Below are positions 40,233-48,846 of a stretch of DNA of 64,000 nt, in pieces. A program made the translations under genes and the position numbers. Source of the DNA: Chloroflexota bacterium. GTDB lineage: Bacteria; Chloroflexota; Limnocylindria; Limnocylindrales; CSP1-4. Position 1 is the first letter of the stretch; every line of letters begins with the position of its first letter. The stretch covers positions 119,516 through 183,515 of the forward strand of contig JAUJOH010000002.1 of assembly GCA_030447745.1 (NCBI GenBank), written 5' to 3'. The notes beneath the pieces were generated by a model, which saw only the letters and a list, made by a program, of their open reading frames with translations, was not told the origin of the DNA and made no database searches.

Positions 40233-40846
40233 AGCGGCTCCACCTCGATCAGCGGCTGCTTCGCCTTGACCAGCTGGCCGCTTTCGGCGACGACGCGCAC
40301 GACCCGGCCGGCAAGGTCAGACTTGATCTCGTTGAACAGCTTCATTGCCTCGATCAGGCCGATCACCTGGCCGGCGGCGACCTCCCCGTCGACGCGGACG
40401 TACGGCGGCGAGCCGGGCGCCGGTGAGGCGTAGAAGATGCCCGTCAGCGGCGCCTTGACCGATGGTCGGGCCGGGGCGGCAGTGTCGTCCGTGGCGGCCG
40501 TGATCGCCGACGCGGACCCCCCCTCGACGCCCGCGGCGGCCGGAGCGGCGGCCGCGGCCGCAGCGGCCGTAGCGGCGATGTCGGAAGGCTTCCGGAGGAC
40601 GAGCGACGTGCCCCCGGCGGCCACCTCGAGCTCCACCAGATCGCTCCGGTCGAGGACGCCAGCGAGTCGGTCGACGAGCTCCAGCAGCGACGCCGCCGTG
40701 CCGTCGACGGCAGGCTCCGTCAGGGCGGTGTCCGCGCCGGCGGCCGCGAGCGTCTCCGGGACCGGCTGGTCGATCGAGGTCGGGTCGCTGGCACCGGTCG
40801 CCGACGCGTCCGCCCCGGGCCCGGGGTCGTCGGTCAAGGCTGCCAC
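40229..40846 (-). CDS. accB: Biotin carboxyl carrier protein of acetyl-CoA carboxylase
   Basis: [10 protein letters not shown], thumb [10 protein letters not shown] and intact EAMK biotinylation motif. Confidence 0.92.
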   Translation of the reverse strand: MAALTDDPGPGADASATGASDPTSIDQPVPETLAAAGADTALTEPAVDGTAASLLELVDRLAGVLDRSDLVELEVAAGGTSLVLRKPSDIAATAAAAAAAAPAAAGVEGGSASAITAATDDTAAPARPSVKAPLTGIFYASPAPGSPPYVRVDGEVAAGQVIGLIEAMKLFNEIKSDLAGRVVRVVAESGQLVKAKQPLIEVEPL

Positions 40847-42099
40847 CGTCGGAAGACGAGGGTCGTGTTCTGGCCGCCGAACCCGAACGAGTTCGAGATC
40901 GCGACCTCGATGTCGCGCCGGCCGGCCGACTTCGGCGTCAGGTCGAGCCCGTCCGACCCCGGGTCCGGGTCGTCGAGATTGATGGTCGGTGGGACGCAGC
41001 CGGTCCGGATCGCCTGGATCGTGGCAATCGCCTCGATCGCTCCCGCCGCCCCGAGCGTGTGGCCGATCATCGACTTGTTGGCCGTGATCGCCACCTCGCC
41101 GACGTGGTCGCCGAGGATGGCGCGCATCGCGTCCAGCTCGGTCCGGTCGCCCTCCGGGGTGGACGTGGCGTGGGCGTTGATGTGGCCGACCTCCGACGGA
41201 TCGATGCCGCCCTTCTCGAGCGCACGCCGCGCCGCGCGGACGGCCCCGATCCCGCCCGGTGCCGGGAGGGTGATGTGCGACGCGTCCGCGGAGGCGCCGT
41301 AGCCGACCATCTCGGCCAGCGGCTCCGCGCCGCGCGCCTCCGCCGACTCGAGCGACTCGAGGACGAGCACGCCCGCCCCCTCACCGATCACGAACCCGTC
41401 GCGGCCGCGGTCGAACGGGCGCGACGCGCCGGCGGGGTCGTCGTTGCGCGTCGACAGCGCCCGCATCGAGGCGAAGCCGCCGACCACGGGCTCCTGGATG
41501 GCCGCCTCGCTGCCGCCTGCCAGCATGATCTCTGCGTCACCGCGACGGATCGTCTCCCAGGCCTCGCCGATGGCGTGGCCGCCGGTCGCGCACGCCGACG
41601 AGGTCGCGAAGTTCGGGCCGGTCATCCCGTAGCTGATCGCGATCTGCCCCGCGCCCACGTTGGGGATGCTCATGGGCACGAAGAACGGGCTGATCCGATC
41701 CGGGCCACGGAGCGCGTTCATGGAGATGCCCTCGACGAGCGTCCCGACGCCGCCCAGGCCGGTACCCAGGATGACGCCGGTCGCGTCCGCGAGCTCGCCC
41801 TCGAGCCGGGCCGGCAACCCGGCGTGATCGAGCGCCTCGCGTGCGGTCACCAGCGCGAACTGGATGTAGCGGTCCGTCCGCCGCAGCTCCTTGCGCTCGA
41901 GGACGCCGGAGGCGTCCAGCTCGCGCACCTCGCCGGCCATCCGCGACGCGATCCGGGACGGGTCGAACGACTCGATGAGCCGGACGCCCGAGCGTCCGGC
42001 GACGAGGCCGTCCCACGTCGACGCCACGTCGTTCCCCAGCGCGCTCACGGAGCCCATGCCGGTCACGACGACGCGGCGGGTGCCGTTCGGCCCCGTCAT
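40834..42099 (-). CDS. fabF: Beta-ketoacyl-ACP synthase II
   Basis: RRVVVTGMG, SACATG, NAHATST, KSMIGHTLGAAG and NSFGFGG. Confidence 0.95.
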   Translation of the reverse strand: MTGPNGTRRVVVTGMGSVSALGNDVASTWDGLVAGRSGVRLIESFDPSRIASRMAGEVRELDASGVLERKELRRTDRYIQFALVTAREALDHAGLPARLEGELADATGVILGTGLGGVGTLVEGISMNALRGPDRISPFFVPMSIPNVGAGQIAISYGMTGPNFATSSACATGGHAIGEAWETIRRGDAEIMLAGGSEAAIQEPVVGGFASMRALSTRNDDPAGASRPFDRGRDGFVIGEGAGVLVLESLESAEARGAEPLAEMVGYGASADASHITLPAPGGIGAVRAARRALEKGGIDPSEVGHINAHATSTPEGDRTELDAMRAILGDHVGEVAITANKSMIGHTLGAAGAIEAIATIQAIRTGCVPPTINLDDPDPGSDGLDLTPKSAGRRDIEVAISNSFGFGGQNTTLVFRRWQP

Positions 42100-42839
42100 C
42101 GGACGGGCTTCCCGGTCCGCACGGTCGCCGCCCGGTAGACGTCACCCGGCAGCCCGCGCGACGAGATGGCGTTGGCGACGGTGAGGGCGTCGAAGGAGGT
42201 GCGCTTGATCTCTGCCGTCACGTTCGCGCCTGCAATGTCGACGACCGCCCACGAGGCGGTCGGTTCGCCGTCGAAGACGTAGCCGGCGGACCCGTCGTTG
42301 ACGATCATCTTCCAGCCGAAGTCGCGGACCTCGGGCAGGTGGGTGTGTCCGCAGCAGATGACGCGGGCGTCCGTGCCGGAGACGCGCTCCAGCACGACCG
42401 ACGCGTCGAGGGCCGGGTCGAAGCCGGCCGTCTGCGAGCCGGGCGAGGCGTGCGTCAGGAGCACGAGCGTGTCGTCGAGCCAGAGACGGCGCTCGGCCGG
42501 CAACCGGCGGAGCCACTCCAGCTGGCCGTCGTCGAGCGCGTCGTGTGCCCACTCGGCGGCGCGCCGAAAGGCATCGGGAGCGCCGTCCGAGAACCACGGG
42601 AACGCGGCCGCGTAGTCGAAGTCCGCGACGGCAATGTCCGTGTTGCCCTGGACGACGAGCGCGCCGGCCGCCTCGAGCTCGCGGACGGCGTCGACGGTCG
42701 CTGCGGGGTCCGGGCCGTTCATCACCAGGTCGCCGGCCACGAGCACGGCGTCTGGCGCGGCGGCCGTCACGGCGCGCCGAACCGCCTCCAGCGCGACGGC
42801 GTTCCCGTGGACGTCGGACAGGACCGCGATGCGGCTCAC
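42096..42839 (-). CDS. Calcineurin-like metallophosphoesterase (YfcE/MJ0936-like)
   Basis: SDVHGN, GDLV, QGNTD, THAS, CGHTH and NDGS. Confidence 0.9.
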   Translation of the reverse strand: MSRIAVLSDVHGNAVALEAVRRAVTAAAPDAVLVAGDLVMNGPDPAATVDAVRELEAAGALVVQGNTDIAVADFDYAAAFPWFSDGAPDAFRRAAEWAHDALDDGQLEWLRRLPAERRLWLDDTLVLLTHASPGSQTAGFDPALDASVVLERVSGTDARVICCGHTHLPEVRDFGWKMIVNDGSAGYVFDGEPTASWAVVDIAGANVTAEIKRTSFDALTVANAISSRGLPGDVYRAATVRTGKPVR

Positions 42840-43399
42840 CCGAGTGTCCCGGCCGGCGGGATGACGAAGCTGAGCAGGCCCTCGCAGGCCACTTCGCGGT
42901 CCACGGTCGCGATGCCGCGACCCCTGCCGAACCGCGAGCCGAGCTTCTCCATGGTCACCTCGAGCCGGAGCGTGTCGCCCGGGACGACGACCCGCTTGAA
43001 GCGCACCGCGTCGATGCCGGCAAAGAGCCCGATGCGGTCGCCGAACCCCGGCTGCTTGGCGACGTAGACGGCCATCGTCTGGGCGAGCGCCTCGATCTGG
43101 AGCACGCCCGGCATGACCGGGAGACCCGGGAAGTGGCCGGCGAAGAACCACTCGGAGGCGGTGACGCCCTTCTGTCCCACGATCCGCCGCGCGGCTTGGT
43201 CGTACTCGAGGATGCGGTCGACCAGCAGGAACGGCGCCCGGTGCGGGATGAGCGCCTCGATCTCGCGGGTCGTATGGAGGATGCCCGGGCGGCGAAGCGG
43301 GTCGGCCGCCCAGCTGCCGGTCGCGGGCGCCACGTCACCCGCCGCGTCGGACGGCGTGGCGGGCGGCGCCGGGGACGGTTCGATCGTGGTCTCGGTCAC
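42836..43399 (-). CDS. fabZ: 3-hydroxyacyl-ACP dehydratase
   Basis: IPHRAPFLLVDRI and GHFPGLPVMPGVLQIEALAQ. Confidence 0.95.
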   Translation of the reverse strand: MTETTIEPSPAPPATPSDAAGDVAPATGSWAADPLRRPGILHTTREIEALIPHRAPFLLVDRILEYDQAARRIVGQKGVTASEWFFAGHFPGLPVMPGVLQIEALAQTMAVYVAKQPGFGDRIGLFAGIDAVRFKRVVVPGDTLRLEVTMEKLGSRFGRGRGIATVDREVACEGLLSFVIPPAGTLG

Positions 43400-43500
43400 G
43401 GGCAGCTCCGATGCGGTCGCGTTCGAGTGTCGCCGTTGACGCGGGTCGCGGAGCGAGGACTGCTTGCAGTCGTGCACCGTCGGGCGGCGTCTCCCGGTGC

Positions 43501-44868
43501 TCAAGCCCGGGCCGCCGCGGCAAGGAACGCCGCACTGCCGACCCGGTCGAGCAGGCTGGTCGTCATCCTGCCGGCGAGGAACGGCTCGGACGCAAGCAGC
43601 GCCTGGTGGATCGGGATGTTGGTCACGACTCCGTCGACCAGGAGCTCGTCGAGCGCGCATCTCGCCCGCGCGATCGCGGCTTCCCGGTCCGGTCCCCACA
43701 CGATCAGCTTGCCGAGCAGGGAGTCGTAGAAGGGCGGCACCTCGTAGCCGGCGTAGAGGTGGCTGTCCATCCGGACCCCGGGTCCGCCGGGCACGAGATA
43801 CCGCTCGACGACGCCCGCGCTCGGGCGGAACTCGTGGTCCGGGTCCTCAGCGTTGATCCGGAACTCGATGGCGTGTCCGCGCAAGGTGACGTCGGCCTGG
43901 CTGAACCCGAGCGGCTCGCCGGCCGCGATCCGGATCTGGGTGGCCACGAGATCGATCCCGGTGAGGACCTCCGTGACCGGGTGCTCGACCTGGATCCGGC
44001 AGTTGATCTCGATGAAGTAGGCGTCGCCGCTCGCGTCGACCAGGAACTCGAGGGTCCCGACGTTCTCGTACCCGGCCGCGACGACCGCCCGGATGGCGCG
44101 CTGCGCGAGGTCCTCGCGCGCCGTCTCGGACAGGGCCGGGGTGGGTGCCTCCTCGAGGATCTTCTGGTGGCGCCGCTGCACGGAGCAGTCGCGCTCGCCG
44201 AGGTGGACGCCCCGCCCGTAGCGGTCGACTGCGACCTGGACCTCGACGTGGCGGTTGTCCTCGAGCCAGCGCTCGAGGTAGAGGGAGTCGTCACCGAAGG
44301 CCGCCTTGGCCTCCGAGCGGCAGACCCGGATCGCGGACTCGAGCTCGCGCGGCGAGCGGACCATTCGCATGCCCTTGCCACCGCCGCCGGCGGACGGCTT
44401 GATCAGAACGGGGTAGCCGATCCGCTCGGCTTCTTCCAGCGCGTGGAGGTCGTCACGGAGCATTCCGGAGCCCGGGATCGTCGGCAGGCCGTGGGCCGCC
44501 AGGAGCCGCCGCGTGCCCTCCTTGCTCGCGAAGCGCTCGAGCACGGCCGCCGGCGGACCGATGAACGTCAGGTCGTGCGCACGGACCACCTCGGCGAACG
44601 CGTCGTCCTCGGAGAGGAACCCGTAACCCGGGTGGATCGCCTCGCAGCCGGTCACGACGGCGGCCGAGATCACGGCGGGGGCCGAGAGGTAGGACCGTCG
44701 CGCGTCCGCCGGCCCGATGCAGATCGCCTCGTCGGCGAGCTGGACGGGCAGGCTCTCGCGGTCCGCCTCGCTGTAGGCGACGACGGCCTCGATGCCCAGC
44801 GTCCGGCAGGCGCGCAGGATGCGGAGCGCGATCTCGCCCCGGTTGGCGACGAGGATCTTCTCGAACAT
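43501..44868 (-). CDS. accC: Acetyl-CoA carboxylase biotin carboxylase subunit
   Basis: KILVANRGEIA, HPGYGFLSE, GGGGKGMR, RDCSVQRRHQK and RIQVEHPVTE. Confidence 0.96.
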   Translation of the reverse strand: MFEKILVANRGEIALRILRACRTLGIEAVVAYSEADRESLPVQLADEAICIGPADARRSYLSAPAVISAAVVTGCEAIHPGYGFLSEDDAFAEVVRAHDLTFIGPPAAVLERFASKEGTRRLLAAHGLPTIPGSGMLRDDLHALEEAERIGYPVLIKPSAGGGGKGMRMVRSPRELESAIRVCRSEAKAAFGDDSLYLERWLEDNRHVEVQVAVDRYGRGVHLGERDCSVQRRHQKILEEAPTPALSETAREDLAQRAIRAVVAAGYENVGTLEFLVDASGDAYFIEINCRIQVEHPVTEVLTGIDLVATQIRIAAGEPLGFSQADVTLRGHAIEFRINAEDPDHEFRPSAGVVERYLVPGGPGVRMDSHLYAGYEVPPFYDSLLGKLIVWGPDREAAIARARCALDELLVDGVVTNIPIHQALLASEPFLAGRMTTSLLDRVGSAAFLAAAARA

Positions 44869-45644
44869 CAGGCGGTTCCGCCGGCCGCGCCGGTCTGGGT
44901 CATCAGCTCGATGGCAACGAGATCCTGTCCGTACTCGACCGTCTCACCGGGTTCGACGAGGATGTCGGCGACGACGCCGTCGGCCGGCGCGACGACCTCC
45001 TGCGGGATCCCGAGCATGTCGATCGCGCCGATGGGATCGCCGGACCGGACGCGCGCGCCGCGTCGCACGTCGCCACGGGCGTGGAAGACGCCGACGGCGG
45101 GCGACGTGGCAACCGCCCGATGCGGGTCCGTGCGGCCGCGGCGGTCCGCCGGACCGCCCGCCGCGACCGGGCGGGGTCCGACCGCCATCGCAGCCGGGGC
45201 GCCGCTGCCGTTCGAGGAGTGCGTGCCGGCCGCCGCGCTGCGCGCAGACCGATGCCGCTCGAGCGCGGTCGGGCCGTGCCCGTGGCCCTCGTGGCCGGGT
45301 TGCTGGCGCGACGGCCGGTCCGTCGAGCGGCGTCCGTCCGCGGGTCCGGTCGCACCCCCGGCGGGACGGCGGAGCCGCACCGTCCACGAATCCTCGCGGA
45401 CCTCGATCGCCCCGCGGCCGGATGCCGCGAGCCTCGCGATCCACGCGGGCAGCAGCTCCGAGACGAGCCGGTCGATGGCGGCGTGGTCCCCCGCCCGGGC
45501 GTCGTCCGTGCGCGCGTGCTCGACGCGTCCTGCGGGCACCGGGCCAACGGGCGCAGCCGTGGCGCCGGTGGGCGCGACACCGCTGGCCGTGGAGCGGTGA
45601 GACGGCCGGGCGTCGTGCCGCGGCTCCGGCATGGTGTCGGACAA
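44868..45644 (-). CDS. BCCP-like biotinyl-fold protein lacking the biotin-attachment lysine
   Basis: SPAVGVF..GDPIGAIDMLGIPQEVVAPADGVVADILVEPGETVEYGQDLVAIE aligns to the AccB C-domain with DMLG in place of EAMK. Confidence 0.8.
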   Translation of the reverse strand: MSDTMPEPRHDARPSHRSTASGVAPTGATAAPVGPVPAGRVEHARTDDARAGDHAAIDRLVSELLPAWIARLAASGRGAIEVREDSWTVRLRRPAGGATGPADGRRSTDRPSRQQPGHEGHGHGPTALERHRSARSAAAGTHSSNGSGAPAAMAVGPRPVAAGGPADRRGRTDPHRAVATSPAVGVFHARGDVRRGARVRSGDPIGAIDMLGIPQEVVAPADGVVADILVEPGETVEYGQDLVAIELMTQTGAAGGTA

Positions 45645-46658
45645 TCAGACCTCCTCGTCGGCGGGCGGCTCCTCGCGGCCGCGCCCCGGGCCCGGCAGCG
45701 CGACACCGGCCATCGACCATCGGCCATGGTCGAGCAGGTTGCGCAGCCGGTCGGTGAGACCGGGTCGGTCCGGCTGGGCAACCGGTGGCGCGGCCACCTC
45801 AGTGTAGGCGCCGAGCTCGCGATAGCGCCGATAGCGACCCTCGACGAGGGCGTCGACCGGGATCGAGGCCAGGACGTCGAGCTGCTCGAGGATCACCGAG
45901 CGAAGTCGGCGCGCCGTCTCCGCGTGGTCGCTGTGGGCGCCCTCGTCCGGCTCCGGGACGACGATGTCGACGACGCCGAGGGCCTGCTGGTCAGCCGCCG
46001 TCATGCGCATCGCGAGCGCCGCGGCCGGCGCCTCGTCGGCGGTCCGCCAGAGGATCGACGCGCAGCCCTCCGGGCTGATGACCGAGTAGACGGCGTTCTC
46101 GAGGGCGATGACGACGTCGCCGCAGGCGATCGCGAGCGCACCCCCGGACCCGCCCTCCCCCGTGATGACCGACACGATCGGCGTCCGCAGGCGGGTCATC
46201 AGGCCGATCGACCGAGCGATCGCGTCGGCGATCCCGCGCTCGTCCGATTCGGGTCCCGGGTGCGCGCCCGGCACGTCCACGAACGAGACCACCGGCAACC
46301 CGAACCGCTCGGCGAGCTCCATCACCCGCATGGCCTTGCGGTACCCCTCCGGGTGCGGCATCCCGAAGTTGCGGCGGATGTTCTCGTCGGTGTCCGCGCC
46401 CTTCTGCTGGCCGACCACGGCGACGCGGCGGTCGCCGATGCGTGCGAAGCCCGCCACGATCGCCGGGTCGTCACCGAAGCCGCGGTCGCCGTGCAGCTCG
46501 ACCCAGTCGTCGGCGAGCGCGGTCACCAGCTCGACCGCCCGCGGCCGTCGCAGGTTGCGCGCGAGCTGGACCCGGGCCCACACGGCGGCCTTGGGGTCCG
46601 CGCCGACGTCCACGGGCGACGGCGTATCCGCGGTCCGCCCGAGCAGCCGCTCAACCAC
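45645..46658 (-). CDS. accA: Acetyl-CoA carboxylase carboxyltransferase alpha subunit
   Basis: ELHGDRGFGDD, FGMPHPEGYRKA, GEGGSGGALA and YSVISPEGCA. Confidence 0.95.
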   Translation of the reverse strand: MVERLLGRTADTPSPVDVGADPKAAVWARVQLARNLRRPRAVELVTALADDWVELHGDRGFGDDPAIVAGFARIGDRRVAVVGQQKGADTDENIRRNFGMPHPEGYRKAMRVMELAERFGLPVVSFVDVPGAHPGPESDERGIADAIARSIGLMTRLRTPIVSVITGEGGSGGALAIACGDVVIALENAVYSVISPEGCASILWRTADEAPAAALAMRMTAADQQALGVVDIVVPEPDEGAHSDHAETARRLRSVILEQLDVLASIPVDALVEGRYRRYRELGAYTEVAAPPVAQPDRPGLTDRLRNLLDHGRWSMAGVALPGPGRGREEPPADEEV

Positions 46659-47721
46659 GCTCCACCTCGCCAGGGTGGCGGCGTCCCGTCGCGGCGGACG
46701 TCGCGGGCGGCGAAGCGGCGGACGCCCGGGCCGTGGCGGGTCGTGGCGAGCCGTCGGGGCCGCTCCGCCCGTCGGCGCTCGCCTCGGGCTCGGGATCGGG
46801 GATGACCCGGTCGGCCAGTGCCGAAAGGAACGAGAGCGGCCGGAAGGCAGGGAGCATCAGCGCGTCCATCGCCTCGCCCGGCACCGCGAGGCTGGCGGGG
46901 GTCAGGTAGGCCAGGAGTGCCGAAAGCTCGCCGCGGAGCTCGGCCCGGGTCACGACCCGGTCGACGAACCCGTGGCGAAAGAGGAACTCCGAGCGCTGGA
47001 AGCCGGGTGGCAGCTCCTGCGCGATCGTGCCGGCCGCGACGCGGGCGCCGGCGAACCCGATCATGGCATTCGGCTCGGCCAGGTTCACGTCGCCGAGGAC
47101 CGCGTACGACGCGAACACGCCGCCCGTCGTCGGGTCCGTCATGACGCTGAGATACGGCACTCGACCGGCCTTGAGCCGCTCGAGCGCCGCAACCGTCTTG
47201 GCCAGCTGCATGAGCGCCAGCGTGCCCTCCTGCATCCGGGCCCCGCCGGAGGCCGAGACCACCACGAGCGGCAGGCGCTCCGCGAGCGCGGCCTCGGCGG
47301 CGCGAGTGACCTTCTCGCCGACGACGCTGCCCATCGAGCCGCCCATGAACCCGAAGTCCATGACGCAGATCGCCACGGCGCGACCCTCGATCGCGCCGGT
47401 TCCCCAGACGGCCGCGTCCCGCATGCCGGTCGCCACCTGCGCGGCGGCGAGACGATCCGGGTAGGGCTTCTGGTCGACGAAGCCCAGCGGGTCGACCGAC
47501 TGGAGGCCGGCGTCGCGCTCGCCGAAGGTGCCGGGGTCGAGGAGCTGCCCGAGCCGCATCGCCGCCGAGAGGCGGAAGTGGTGGCCGCAGCTCGGGCAGA
47601 CGCGCATCACCTTGTCGAGCTGCTTGTTGAACAGCATCTCGTCGCACGACGGGCACTTCGTCCAGAGGTCCGGTGGGTAGGACTCACGCCGCGAGCGGAA
47701 GGACGGCAGCTTGATCGGCAT
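46651..47721 (-). CDS. accD: Acetyl-CoA carboxylase carboxyltransferase beta subunit
   Basis: LWTKCPSC..CPSC Zn finger, FMGGSMG, SGGARMQEG, PTTGGV and FQRSEFL. Confidence 0.95.
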   Translation of the reverse strand: MPIKLPSFRSRRESYPPDLWTKCPSCDEMLFNKQLDKVMRVCPSCGHHFRLSAAMRLGQLLDPGTFGERDAGLQSVDPLGFVDQKPYPDRLAAAQVATGMRDAAVWGTGAIEGRAVAICVMDFGFMGGSMGSVVGEKVTRAAEAALAERLPLVVVSASGGARMQEGTLALMQLAKTVAALERLKAGRVPYLSVMTDPTTGGVFASYAVLGDVNLAEPNAMIGFAGARVAAGTIAQELPPGFQRSEFLFRHGFVDRVVTRAELRGELSALLAYLTPASLAVPGEAMDALMLPAFRPLSFLSALADRVIPDPEPEASADGRSGPDGSPRPATARASAASPPATSAATGRRHPGEVERG

Positions 47722-48222
47722 CAGGAAAGCCCGCGGACGAGGCGAGCCTCTCGTGCCGCCCGCACCGCTCGCGCCATCGGCGAGCGCGGGGCGGGCCGCG
47801 AGCGGCGCCAGGCCATCCACGCTGCGCCAGCGAGCGACAGTGCCGCGGAGGTCAGCGCACCACCCACGAGCAGGGGCCGGACCGAGTGCGCGTCGAGCGG
47901 ATCGAGCGACGCGGCGACGGCGGGCGAGGGCGCACGCAACGGCACCGGCGTCGCCGAGCCGAGGCTCCCGGCGGCCGCCCGGAGGCGCATGGCGCGGGCG
48001 GCCTCGCCGAGCCGAACCGCGAGCCGCTCCTCGAACCGGAACGACGGGTGGACGCGGACGAGGTCATGAGCCAGGCGCGTGGCCGCCAGGCGGATCGCCT
48101 CGACGAGCTGCGCGTCGAACGGCACGTCCGTCGCCCGACGCTCGGCGGCGGCGAGCAGCGCGTCCAGGTAGCCGTCCGTCGAAGCGCCTCGACGTCGAAC
48201 GACTCCGCTCGGGAACGGTCAT
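47721..48222 (-). CDS. Putative membrane-anchored anti-sigma factor; indels near the 5' end
   Basis: ATG overlaps the sigma stop. DGYLDALL and HPSFRFEERLA, then a single TM near the C-terminus. Confidence 0.5.
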
Positions 48223-48842
48223 CGGCGGTCGTCGCCGAGCTCGCGCCCGATCGACCGCAGGGCGCGGTGCAGCAGGACCCGCACGGCGCCCTCCGAGCGC
48301 CCGAGCACGCCCGCGATCTCCGGCGTGGACATCTCGTCGACGAAGCGCAGCACGACCGCGCGCCGGCGGTCCGCGGGCAGCCGCCCGATCGCACGCCACG
48401 CCGCGCTCATCTCGTCCCGCCGCACCACCTCCGCCTCGACGTCTGCGGTGTCGGCGGCGAACCCGGCCGCCTCGAGCGGCGCGACCGGATGGCGGCGACG
48501 TCCTCGTCGCTCGTTGGCGACGACGTTGCGAGCGATCCGAATGAGCCACACCCGGAACGTGGACGCGCCGTCGCCGTCGTCCGGACGCCGCTCCTCGAAC
48601 GCGTCCAGGTTCGTGAGGGCGGCCAGGAAGGTCCGCTCCGTGGCGTCCTCGGCGTCGTGATGGTCGCCGAGCTCGTAGTACGCGTAGCTGCGCACCTGGG
48701 CGAGATACCTGCGGTAGAGGGCGTCGAACCGTTCCGGGTCGCGCCGCGCTGGCTTCGACGAGCGGCCGGTCCCGGTCCAGCCAGATGACCGTCGCACGCA
48801 GCGGTTCCGCGCGGCCCTCCCTTCAAACACCGGACGCGCCAT
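48219..48842 (-). CDS. ECF RNA polymerase sigma factor (5' frame uncertain, indel near 48750)
   Basis: FDALYRRY, DAEDAT, FRVWLIRIARN and region 4 LRF..EIAGVLGRSEGAVRVLLHRA. Confidence 0.88.
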   Translation of the reverse strand: MARPVFEGRAARNRCVRRSSGWTGTGRSSKPARRDPERFDALYRRYLAQVRSYAYYELGDHHDAEDATERTFLAALTNLDAFEERRPDDGDGASTFRVWLIRIARNVVANERRGRRRHPVAPLEAAGFAADTADVEAEVVRRDEMSAAWRAIGRLPADRRRAVVLRFVDEMSTPEIAGVLGRSEGAVRVLLHRALRSIGRELGDDRR

Positions 48843-48846
48843 GCCG

